From Trypethelium eluteriae (Eukaryota): DNA of 20,000 nt. Shown piece by piece: positions 1-10,801 of this stretch. The first letter of the stretch is position 1. Each line of letters opens with the position of its first letter. The position numbers were made by a program, and so were the translations under genes. The notes beneath the pieces were generated by a model. That model was not told where the DNA came from and did no database searches. It was given only the letters and a program-made list of their open reading frames with translations. Location: NCBI GenBank assembly GCA_051942245.1, contig JAVECL010000008.1, positions 111,573 through 131,572 of the forward strand, given 5' to 3'.

Positions 1-156
1 TGATTGATAGCCACTAAAGTCTGAACCCTAATTCATGCCACCCATTTTCCGGCAGGTCGGCTCCGAGCCGCCAGGCGTATAATCCTTACCGCCCAAAACA
101 CCGGAAACTCCTGGAACCAAACGCCCCATTACCCATCTCTCAGGAAACCCCCGGGG

Positions 157-681
157 TCAAGCCTTCCCAAGTACCTGCACTAATTGCTGCAGGTTCCCTT
201 GCGCTGCATTACCAGCAGTCAATGCGCTTGCCGTGTTGCTCTGCGCGCCGCTCGCATTGCTCATCATCATCTGCTTCAGGTCCTGTGGGATCATGGTCGC
301 CGCCTCGATCTGGTTGACCAGGTGGCCGAGATAAGAAGCGCACGTCTCCAACGCCTGAGACTCGACCTCTTGCTCGGCAAGGGCACCCTCCGCAAGGATG
401 GACTCCTCGGCTGTGATGCCGTTAATGCTGTTAGAGTTCGAGGACGATGTTATCTCGTTGGCGAAGGAGAGAATAGCGTCGAGCTCGGTCGAGGCCTGAG
501 CGGCGGATTTTTGGAGATTCGTGATGACGCTGGTCAGAGTGCCTTGGTCGGTGGTAGAAAGTGAGGGGTTGGAGGCGACGGCAGTGAGGAGCGTTGTAAG
601 AGTGTCTTGGATGTGTTGGAAGATGGTAGCCTGAAATTGGCCGAATTGGATGATGCGGGCTTTAAGGTCGGGGGTAGACAT
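157..681 (-). CDS. Intronless 174-aa hypothetical protein, Ala/Gln/Ser/Thr/Leu-rich, predicted all-helical (probable four-helix bundle)
   Basis: Uninterrupted 174-codon ORF with a good fungal start context (ataatcATGt). It is preceded by a pyrimidine-rich 5' leader on the minus strand, has C-ending codon bias and amphipathic helical periodicity. No family recognised. Confidence 0.8.
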   Translation of the reverse strand: MSTPDLKARIIQFGQFQATIFQHIQDTLTTLLTAVASNPSLSTTDQGTLTSVITNLQKSAAQASTELDAILSFANEITSSSNSNSINGITAEESILAEGALAEQEVESQALETCASYLGHLVNQIEAATMIPQDLKQMMMSNASGAQSNTASALTAGNAAQGNLQQLVQVLGKA

Positions 682-2647
682 GATTATTATAGGTAAAGAA
701 TTGCTGGGTTGCTAGAGATGGAGAAAGAATGCTAGATACAGAGTAGAGGCAAGTTTGATTATATTGCAGAACGGTTTGAAACGAGATATTGAGTCAAGAG
801 AATGGAGATGTTGGAGGATCCGGATTCGGGTTTAATAACGAGATATCATCGCCTTGCGTGCCTGAGGTATGGGTTCTGTATTTAATTGATTAATCGCCCC
901 ATGGATCGCTTTTTTTTACTCAGCTTTCCAGACTCCATCAGGTGCAAGGCTCCCCCATTTGGGCCCTCACCAATGGAATCCTTCTCCTGCAGATTGAACG
1001 AGGCTTCAGAGGAGTATCATGAGGCACTGTAGCGTGCGCATGGTCGAGACCAGCATCGACACCCGCACGGGAGGATCGACTCATGACACCAACAGGGTGG
1101 TACGGCCGGCGTGCGAAATAATCTACACCAGGGTACATTCAGCTCAGATGTGGGGGAACCAGGATCTGGGTCGGGTAGAGGTTAACAGCACCACAGCTTC
1201 TGTCCTTGATGACTTGGGCGGTGAATATAGTGGTCTTTCTAAATTAATGGCAGCAGAAACCCTACCGCAGACCGAAGGATGCCTACTACCTATCGCATGT
1301 CCACTAGAGGGTGAGAGGCTTGTGAATCGAAAGCTTAGACGTGCGGGGGAGCCCATACTGAATTTGGGCTACCATAGGGCCGACGATGAGGCTGCTGTCA
1401 TACATGTTCTAGACTCTGGACCCTCATCCACTTAAAATGTTCTCAATGATCCGATCTCTCGTAGGTATGCTTCAGTGCGATCGTAACACGAGACTTAGCT
1501 GAGCTGAGCGACAGTTCGCTGTCATATCGCAGCGGTGGTTGGCGACGAATCTCGGGCATGATTCGTCGTCATTGCAACATTTGGTGGTGCAAAGAGGTGG
1601 CGGGACCTAGAGTACCTTAGGTACCTAATTAGGAGAGTCACGGGACTGATAGAGTGGCAACTTCAAGAATGAAGACCTCCACGAAAAGCTGACAGTAGGC
1701 CTAGACCGGTATTTGACCCCATTGGCCGCCATGTGTGAGGCAGCTATCTATCGAGACATTCTGCAGCAAAGCCATTCCCAACAATGTTATCGTATTTCCG
1801 CCTTGAAAAGCAGGGCATCGTTATGTTCATCGTGTAAGAGTGTGGCAGGGGAATGGGTTAGCTACATTTTCACAAAAGGTCAACAGCTTTTAAAAACTCT
1901 CAGGATACTCTTGCGTGTGTCTTTTCATTGCAAAGGCTTGGTTCGATTCTCTGTAAGACGAAGTAATAGACTCCTCACTATCCAAGCAAAAGTTCTAGCC
2001 CCCCAGTAGTCCACCCGCACGACCGGTTCTCCCAATTCCCTGGTTTTGGGACTCGCTTTCCCTTGCTTACTTAGGGATAGTGCGAAAGCATCACAACAAT
2101 CGAGCGCATAAAAACAAACGTCATGCTATTCTATTCTAACCCTAGTTTGAAGCACGTCGGTGACCGAACCGACTGAAGCTCCTTACGCTGTTTGATCTGG
2201 CCTTCCTGTATGGCCGACTGATGGGGGTTGTGGGAGCTCGAATCCTAATCACTTTACCAGCTTGCAACTTTCTATGCGTCATGTCAGCCCATAGCATACA
2301 CCACAACCAGCGATATAGCTTACACTAAACCGTTTTGATACTATAGATCAGATCACCTCGATTGCTTCAAAGCCATCGGGCCTTCCTAGCAATCAATCGG
2401 GAAGGCTATGGGAGTTGACCTTCCGTTGCTTCTCGGTCTTTCATGACAAAAGATTTCCGCGAAGATACAGGGGCAGAACCTTTACCTATGTTGTTGCGTT
2501 TTCGTGTAAAAGAATCTCCATCGAAATAAACGTCATGTCCTGTGAATACTGTCAAAGGCAAACCAACTCTCCCAGTCATCAGGCATAGCTCATACATTCT
2601 TTTTACGTAGAGTCTTTTTCAATTCTAGAGTAATTTTCTTTTCGTCC

Positions 2648-3749
2648 ATGCCAAAGATGTCATCTCGAACCACTGGTGGTTTCGTAATCGCGCCCACGAC
2701 CTCAGTATCCCAGGTTTCTCTTAGCCTTGCTTTGAATGGCATAAAGTATCTCACATGGATGCGGCAGGCCGCAGATGCCATGCAGACGCAGTCGTACGAC
2801 GAAGCCATTGGTCTCTACAACAACACGTGGTGGAAAAACGTCAACGGCTTGACCGCCATCGGCACCTCGCCGCTCTTTCTCTATTGTACCTGGACACTGC
2901 AAAGGGAATTCTTGACACCACCTTCGCCAAAATACCCGACATTTCGAATGAAAACGAACACGGAACCTGGCTTGACGGCTTCTACGACGACGAAGGCTGG
3001 TGAACGCTTACGAGGATCCAAGCACGCGAAGTCACAGAGAACAAGAAGTATCTGCAGGTTACATGACATATGACTAGCCAAGCGCATGCGACGCGGGATT
3101 GTGGTGTGATTACAAAAGCACATGCAGATCGTGTTAAACGCAAAACGAGTTATTTTTGAGCAAGGTAGCACGTCTGGCGGTTACCGAGAGCAAGGTCAGA
3201 AAGAACTTTTATGTTGACTGGGCGAGCAAGGAGTGGGATGTGTGCCACAAGGTGGGGGTCATTGAGAAGAAAGGTCTTCTCAGGGATGGTGTGGATGGTT
3301 CGACGTGCAAAGGCAATAATAAGACGACGCCCATGTTTCAGCAGAGCGTTATCTCGGGTGACTTGGTGGAGCTCGACAGGGCGCCAGGCAATGGTTCCAT
3401 TGTGCCGCCGACGCAGCACATTGCTGGCGCGGTCATTGCATCGGACACGTCCCACAAACAGGGGATTTTGGTTGGGCCGGGTCAGAAGAACAAGCCCGAC
3501 GGGGCAACGGATATCGCGCAATTCAAGGAATTCTTCATGCGTAACTCACACATCCTACGAAAAGCGGCCCTTAAACAGACATAGCGCGCTTTTGTGACCA
3601 AAAATGCGGAGTTGGTATGCAATAACGCGCGGAATAAAGGAATCTGATTGGGAGTTCTTGGCTAGGACCGTACGGTCCGGAAAGAACAGAGTCGGAAAAT
3701 CAGGCAAGCGAGCTGGATCAGCTTCAATGCGGTCTTTGGTATGTCTTAA
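2648..3749 (+). pseudogene. Glycoside hydrolase family 76 (alpha-1,6-mannanase-like) pseudogene
   Basis: GH76 motifs appear in the right order across changing frames: MQTQSYDEAIGLYNNTWWKNVNGLTAIG; after a frameshift near 2864, GFYDDEGW-TGA (3001-3003, where the family has YDDEGWW); TLTRIQAREVTENKKYLQV; CDAGLWCDYKST (3087-3122); NELFLSKVARLA (3144); YVDWASKEWD; LLRDGVDGSTCKGN; QQSVISGDLVEL; DIAQFKEFFMRN; then NLIGSSWLGPY...QASELD. Multiple stops (3001, ~3064, 3135, 3582) and frameshifts. The ends are approximate. Confidence 0.88.
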
Positions 3750-4085
3750 AGTAGGCACCTACGCTGCCTAGGTGTTCAGCTGATTTGGAGACACAATCAA
3801 TTGATTCAACCTGTGGCCAGCCAAATACTGCATTTATGGTTCAAGGCAATCAACAGAACCCTTTATACTCGCTCACAATCTAACTGTGCAGTGCATGGGG
3901 CAAGCATTGGAAAAAGTGGAAGGAAGCCCAGGTTGGTTGGACAAAGATAGGGAAATCTAAGGATACAGTGTCATTCTATCTAGAACGGCAATCAAATACA
4001 ATCGCAATGCCATCGTGAGACGTGGATCTATCTATCATTCAAAGTCGCCCGAAATTTTCCCAAAGTACGATACGAGAAAATCAAA

Positions 4086-5751
4086 TCAAATCTTTACCAC
4101 GAGTTTCGGCCCCGACTGAACGAATCTTGACGCGCCCAGTACAGCAGCACCGCCACAGCAGATGACGCCAGCGTAGATTTGCAGGTTACGATATTTACCG
4201 TGATCGTCGTCCACCAACGCACCTCCAATTGGATTGCTGATCAACACTGCAATGCTAACGATTCCAAACAAGGTGCCGGTGCGGACACCAATCTTTCGAA
4301 CGTCAGAGATCTGGGCAACGCAGGATGGTGCAGCAGAGACGAAGGCACCCGATCCGAAGCCATAAAGAGCAGCGAAGACGATGAGGGGCGCATTTGCGGC
4401 CGCTGGCAGCCAGAGAGCAAGGATAATGATGCCACTGAAAGCACACATGACGGTGAGGACATTGAAGCGGCCGACTTTGTCAGCAACATAACCTGGTATT
4501 GTTCGGCCAAACACACTGCAGATGTGTCAGCACGGAGCGTCTATTGGAAAAAATAGAAAGGGATACCATACCTGGCCGCATTGAGGATGGGAATCAAATA
4601 GCCCGCCAAGTCCTGGCTCATTCCGATAGACGGACCTTGGAGGATCAAGAAGTTGAAGGGTAAGAACAAGCCCAGGAAGAAGAGGAAGGAGCCAAGAGTC
4701 AGCAAGACGTAGGGAGGTTCTTTCAATGGAAGCACGAACTCAATCAGGTTGAGTGGCTTCTTGACCGGGGGAAGGCGAGATTTGACCGTTAAAATGGCAA
4801 TTATGCACAGTCCAAGGATCATAAAAGCACAAGCTCGCATAGTCCAGGGAAATCCTATCTGGGGAATGAGGCGTTGTACCATGATAGGAAATATAACACC
4901 TCCCATCGAGGAGCCTGACGCAACGATGCCAAGTGCAAACGCACGTTTGTGGAAGAACCATGAAGTAAGGCTGGTCATGGCTGATGGTAATGTTAGCAAG
5001 GTTATGTCTCTCACTCATTCAGACCACGCCTTTGACTTACCTGGATAAAAGACCATACTCGCACCTAGAGCGCTACAGATCCCCTGTGCCAGGATGAACT
5101 GGTAGTACTCGGTCGCTAAGGAGGTCATCATGAGGCCGAAGACGTGAAAGAACGTCCCAGTCACTAGGAGATAAAAGGGTCCATAGTTATCGTAGATTTT
5201 CCCAATGACCGCCCCCTGCGGACCGTCAGTAACGTGAAAACAGGTTGAATGGTTTTGCACGTACACCTGCAAACATCATGAATGCTTCCAGTGAAGGGAT
5301 CCAGGCGACTGTGCTGGGAGCATATTGTGACAGCATATGCGTCTGATAATACGCTTGAAAGACACCGATGCCTAAGTGGCAAGAGTTAGTTTAATCGCTT
5401 GCTTAACCATTCTGTCAAGAGGCATCTTCCAGGTGCAAACTCACAATTAATCCATCCAAATGAGACGAATAGGCAGCACCAGCATCCAGCAACGACTAAC
5501 CAGGCTTTTGCGCCTCCATCTGGAAAATCTGCTGGATTGAATGCTGGCGGTGCACTAGTTGGTGTTGCTTTTTCTAGATCCCCCACTTCATCTGTGCCGT
5601 TCGCTTGCTCCGTAGCCTCCCCTGGGAGCTTGGGAAGAGAGACATCACCGAGATCGTTCGTCTCTGTTGGGGCTTCAGAAGGAGCGTAGCCTCCATCCTG
5701 CTTCTCGCTCTTGTCTCGCATTGTAGACATGGAGGAATATTGGGAAACCAT
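4086..5751 (-). CDS. MFS transporter, monocarboxylate porter (MCT/Mch-like) family; 5 exons, 475 aa
   Basis: Exons 5751-5445, 5371-5265, 5215-5041, 4980-4572 and 4515-4086 are joined by GT-AG introns with CTAAC/CTGAC branch sites (1428 nt, open frame). Family motifs: [87 protein letters not shown]. Confidence 0.95.
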
Positions 5752-6864
5752 GATGAAAGAAAGGGAATGGTAAAACTACTGTGATGGTACAACCTGATCA
5801 GCCAGGGGGGAGATTGCGGAATTCAGCTTGATTCCAATGAGAGGGCAAGGTTGTTGGCACAGCAGCAAAGTCTTTTCTCCCCTCTCCAGAGGCCATCGAT
5901 ATATGTGAGAGCTCCATCTTGCATTCAAGACATTCGGCCTAGATCGGCTTTCGCTCTTTGCCATTCTTTTTGCCGCGAGCGAGAGCGAGCTCTGAGGGTC
6001 GGGTCGGGGGCTCGGCCGTAAGCCAAAAGCGAGGCGAGCCCGCGCGTGCGGGACGTGTCAGCCCTGGCGCTGGGTCAGCAGTGGGCCAATCTGCAGCCAT
6101 TGTTTCGTGCATCCCATCTCACATGTCGTACATGGGTCTTAAACAGCCAATGGACGCCGGGACTTGTCTCTGAATCTGAAGCTAGCTATCGAGCACCCAT
6201 GCCTGATCAAGGATCGATCAGCCTCATCAAAGGATTTTGAGTCCAAACTGCCCTCCAAGAAGTTTCGGCAGCGTCTCATCTGGTAATGTATGGTGGTATC
6301 TTCTCTTTTTTGTGACCGAGAGATCCGGCAACTCATCGACCAACACTACGAATCTGATATCAATAACCTGACTCATGTCCGCAGCGATGGTGGATGATTC
6401 TTCGAACTTTTTACGGAAATTTGTGAGAGCCCTGGTATGCTGCCGTTGCCCAATCGGAGCACTTTACTCCCTGCAAGTAGGTCTCAGAGTCACCGGGTGA
6501 TAGCCATTTCCATGCACGTCACGGCAATTCCATCACTGAACTGGTTGAATGTTGCAGGCAGGAAAGCAAGGAAATATACGTCTAGATGCAGATTATCCAA
6601 GTGCGTAAGCATCCTCGTAAGGCTCGGGTCACGCAATTGGAACTGAAAATTTTGTGCTGTTGAGCATGGTGGAGGCGAATTCATTGAAGAGTTATCAAAC
6701 CATCAAACTTGAAGACGAGAATCTGCCACATGGTACTCCGTACTGGTGGTACTGTGCTCCAAGAGATCTCGGCCACATCCTGGCAGGAAAGATCTGCTAG
6801 AGCCGCAAAGCTCCCAGAGCTGGGCATCGGTCAAGATTCGGACCCTGCCGTACGTCCATGAAAT

Positions 6865-7944
6865 CTATGTATAATGCCTCAAAAAGCCTTTGCCAAGTCT
6901 CACGCGTTCGCCTCTACCATACCAAAGCGTCCCCTGGTGAAAGTCAAGACCCTTCTCCTCTCCAATGATCCATTCGCCGCCAGCCTGAATAGGCGGGACT
7001 GCGTCTCTTGGCCAGTATTCCCTCTGCAGCCATGCATTCACCTCATCGATCTTCTCTACCACCTTTTTCATCTTTTCTGGGTCCGGAGTCTTTGCCTCGA
7101 CACCTTTCTCCGCATCTTGCGAGGTATCCTGCGGTGTGATGAAGCGACCTATTGTCAGATGAGATGACGGAACAGTATATCGTGATCCTATCTCCACGCC
7201 GGTACGGTTTGCAAGGGCATACACGTCACGTCGTAGGTGATGGTACGTGTATTCGTCGTCTGCTCTCACTCGGCCCTGACTGAGTCCCTCACCGGCCGCG
7301 GGCAGGAAGCTTAGAGCAAAAGCCGAGGCGTCGAAGCCGAGCATCGGCTTTATTAAGCGTGCGCGATGTGTGTACGTATAATCTGTTATTTCTGCAGCAT
7401 GAGGGGATATTTGTCCCACAAGCTGTGCGATTTCCTCACGGGTGCGGGAAAAGGTGATTTCCAGACAGGTCATATGCAGGTTCTCCGGGGGTTGGAACCA
7501 CATATCTGACGGGTTGGTGTCATCACTCTGTGAACAATTCAACGGATCGACTCACTTGGAAGCACAGATCGCAGTTGCTGCTGAATATTGGCAATTAGAT
7601 CCTTTACTCTCTGTGTAGGACGGGCCCAGAATACAAGGCAATGCCTCGTGTCTCTGAAACCTGGCTCGATCTCTGGATAGACAAGCTTTTGTAAAATTGG
7701 ATCAGGAGTCACACCTTGGAAATTTGGGTCGAGGAGCTTCGCGTTTTGCTGCTCGATTCTTGTCCTGCGATGCTTATCATAGATCGCTTGAAGTTGACAC
7801 TGCCATGGCTCAGGACGAGTTCCGCTCGAAAACTCCAAAACTTACGACATCGTTGTGAGATGCTTCAATTAGTGCATCATACGGATTGTCAAAGGCCCCG
7901 GCCGTGACTCCCGAATGATCCTCGTATAGGGTTGCTTGGGCCAT
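6865..7944 (-). CDS. 2H-phosphoesterase superfamily protein (RNA ligase/cyclic nucleotide phosphodiesterase-like); 3 exons, 327 aa
   Basis: Exons 7944-7846, 7799-7556 and 7505-6865, with introns GTAAGT..GCAG (46 nt) and GTGAGT..TCAG (50 nt), give 984 nt in frame. Two HxT motifs (LHMT in WFQPPENLHMTCLE and HLT in SSHLTIGRF) are the 2H hallmark. Also HCLVFWARP. Confidence 0.85.
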
Positions 7945-8949
7945 TTCGGCGAGAGCTCTGAGCCGCTCAGCAGATACTACAGGTTCTGGTGGATTGCACT
8001 CGCTCAACTGGTCACTCTTGCTACCATTCAAATGATAGTTCTAGTATTCAGAGCGCCAACTCAAGTCCTCACAAAGGTAGAATTACAATGTTCCGGCTCT
8101 TGAACAAGATTTGCCTTTCTCTATCTCCTAGAAAGGCCTAATTCCTGTAGTGACTGCGGTGCACAGAGCGACTAGAATCCATGGCTTGAGCTCTGGTGGA
8201 ACGAAAAGGCTTCCTCTGAAGGTTGAGGCATCGAGTGCGATCCAATCAAACCCAGCCGGCCGCTGGGTTGAAGCTAAGCTCACCGCTTTCCCGATTTCGT
8301 GATCCTGCATCTCGGACCTCAGCGCCTTCTGCAGCAAGATTTCTTCGAAAAGGAAGCGTATCTATTAATATTCCGCGAAAGCCTTGATGACCAATGTTGC
8401 ATCTTGGCTGCGCGATATCCCTTGTCTTTTATCGAGTGGATGCTCGTCCTCGTACAGTTTCTTTTGGGAATCGATCGCTGTGTCGTTCAGGCTGATCTCG
8501 ATTACGCTCTTGCTCTTCCCTAAGCTCATTGGCCCCTTGTCGACAGCTTCTCAGCTTGCCGCCTTGGTTTCGATATAGAGCACATTCGATCTGAGGTGAT
8601 GCTACGTGTGCTGCGGCAAAGACGGGAAGCCGGTGAATTTTTGACCGACATATCCCGGAAGAAGTGGCATTTGCTGTAGCCTTGTCTGTGTTGTTTTTTA
8701 AATCCTCAAAACGACTGTTCTCAACGGCTATGTGGGTAAAGGGGTTTATTAGAATTTTATTTTCTTCTTTCTTCTTCCGTTTTCACTCCTTGATTCCTCT
8801 ACGGTAGGCTCGTGCAGGCTCTGGACCTGCCGTGTTTCCAAAAAGCCCACCAAAGCCTGCTTAAACTCTTCGAAATGTACTCGAAAACGTACCACCTATA
8901 GAGCACGTGGATTCTTCTCGATGCTGCCGTTGCAAAATCAATATCCACG

Positions 8950-10580
8950 AGCGCAGACTCTATACAATCTGTCCGGATCTGGAAATGACATTCAGAATGC
9001 CTATTGGAACGTGGAGTACCCAGCAAATTCTACATGATTGCCTGAAAACCATTCAACCTCCAAGCTGGCCTACTGGTACCGGCCTCTTCTTCTAAAAACT
9101 ATTCATAAGACTGCTAGGTCACGATGGTAAAATCACAACCTCATCAGATCGATCATGAAAAGATGCGAACAATTCTCCTGGTAGGCCACCAACTTTCAAG
9201 GGTGCCGAGAGAACACCTTCGATTGATACGGTTGGCCAGACCATTTGGAAATACTCCATGAATTTGCTCTGTCCTTGTCAAGATTCCTCGTACCCTAATT
9301 CACTCTCACAATTATTTTTTAGCTTCTCATAGGACCATGCAACCATCTACCGTCACAACGATTGTTATGCGGAGCTGCAGCCTCCCGCTATGCAAACACC
9401 GACCCTGCTTTTACAACGAGCCAGGGAAACGAGTAAAGAGCCCAGAGAGCTGCCAACGGATATACCTGTCGCACTCATACTTGAATGGATAGTTGAGATG
9501 GAATTCCACTTTGCTTCATACGCTCTCAGCAAACTTGGAATGTTTACCTATCAGCATCAATATGTGGTGTTGCTGGATGTCTCAGAATTTGCTTCATCGA
9601 GACTCGCTCCTGATCTACCTACTGAGCCTCGTCATGCTTGAAAGAATCCGGCCCGAGATTTCGATCCATGGCACTTGTCCAATACTGCGTCTTGCATAGC
9701 TGGGTTCGCGTACGCGAGGATTAGACGTAAACGTCCTTGCATTCGTGGAGTCCTACACCATTTCTAAACCATTCCTGACCTTGTATACGAAGTTTTTGGA
9801 ACTGTGACCGGTAAATCCGCGATACCAGCTGGCAATCTCCCCAACATTCTTCCTGTAATGTTTCGTGGGTGCAGCCGAACTTTTCTACTTCATCCTAGCA
9901 GCGGCGAGCCCAGGTTCTGCGCAGATTGTGTCCGTTTAGCTGGATTCGAAGATCGCGTCCGTCTCAAAGAAAATTCTTAGCCCGGACTCGGATGGTGTCA
10001 AACTTGTCAGGCCTTGACTACTGTGTTGAGCTTCATACCATGGGTAGGAATGGCTGTCAGTTGCTTTCGGACACTGTTTCACGTAGCTACGCTTCGGTAT
10101 TACAGTACTGGGACCAAAGTGTCCGGGAAACCCCCAGCAATTTTTCCGCGCCAGCGAGCGGACGCTGTTTTCACATGACTGTAGTGCTTCGGGGCAGTCA
10201 GCCGCATACTCAGGGGCTGAACACAAGCCGCTGATCCATCCATTGATTCGCACGGTTCCACGACTTCCAGGCAAATGATCTATCAGAGATCTCAAGACAT
10301 GTCATACTTGCAGTCCGATGCATATGCTTACCTTCGAAGGAGTCTTTACGTTCCTTATGACGCCTTTGACGCTTCTTCAAAAGTCGACCTCTTAAAACCA
10401 ACCGACTGTATCTATCTACCGACCTTTGTGCAGGGAAATGCTTGGAAAAACTCCACAAATGGCCTAGAGCTTGTTCACAGTTATCTATCGTCTGAGTTCC
10501 TACTTGATGAATTAATGACAGCACGTATGAAGACGGTGCGACTTTTGGCAGACGGAGTCGCTCACCCACAAACAATGCAA
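8950..10580 (+). pseudogene. Possible heavily decayed TPR-repeat gene (fungal TPR/CHAT-type repeats)
   Basis: Scattered fragments resemble the RYERTGxxxDLxxAI...TPxxHP repeat: QTLYNLSGSGNDIQNAYWNVEYPANST*LPENH (8954-), LLQRARETSKEPREL and YALSKLG...RLAPDLPTEPRH (9390 ORF), and IYQRSQDMSYLQSDAYAYLRRSL (10275 ORF). No continuous frame. Similarity was judged by eye. Confidence 0.35.
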
Positions 10581-10801
10581 GTAAGCTTATCCTACGTGGT
10601 CATAATAACATAACAAATGGACCTTGAGCAGACTGACCTTTAACTAGTCCAAGTGTCGTCTCTTTCGGGTAAGATATATAGGGCGCACAATGTGTCTAAT
10701 TCCAATACCCTCGGATATGTGCTAGTGGCGGGCAAACTCTACACAGGCTCGAAGCCAGATATCTCTGCAACGTTGCCGATGTGATGTGTCCATTGTCTGG
10801 A

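Noticed and set aside
184..564. 126-aa + strand ORF, and similar antisense ORFs over the MFS, 2H, GH128 and FLC genes
   Set aside because: These are shadow ORFs opposite or overlapping well-supported genes, caused by codon bias.
938..1435. Overlapping short ORFs on both strands (138, 70 and 66 aa)
   Set aside because: No recognisable motif, non-ATG or weak starts, and no consistent splice model. A very old relic cannot be excluded but is not supportable.
1543..1568. 9-bp hairpin CGACGAATC/GATTCGTCG and nearby palindrome CCTAATTAGG (1624-1633)
   Set aside because: Isolated short inverted repeats with no target-site duplication, partner terminus or transposase, so they are compatible with chance.
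3665..3678. Perfect 14-bp palindrome GGACCGTACGGTCC
   Set aside because: It lies within the GH76 relic coding frame (GPYGP) as a single occurrence, with no sign of function.
2400..3760. Initially considered a degenerate transposon because of the many short overlapping ORFs
   Set aside because: The fragments match GH76 motifs. There are no RT, integrase or transposase motifs and no terminal repeats.
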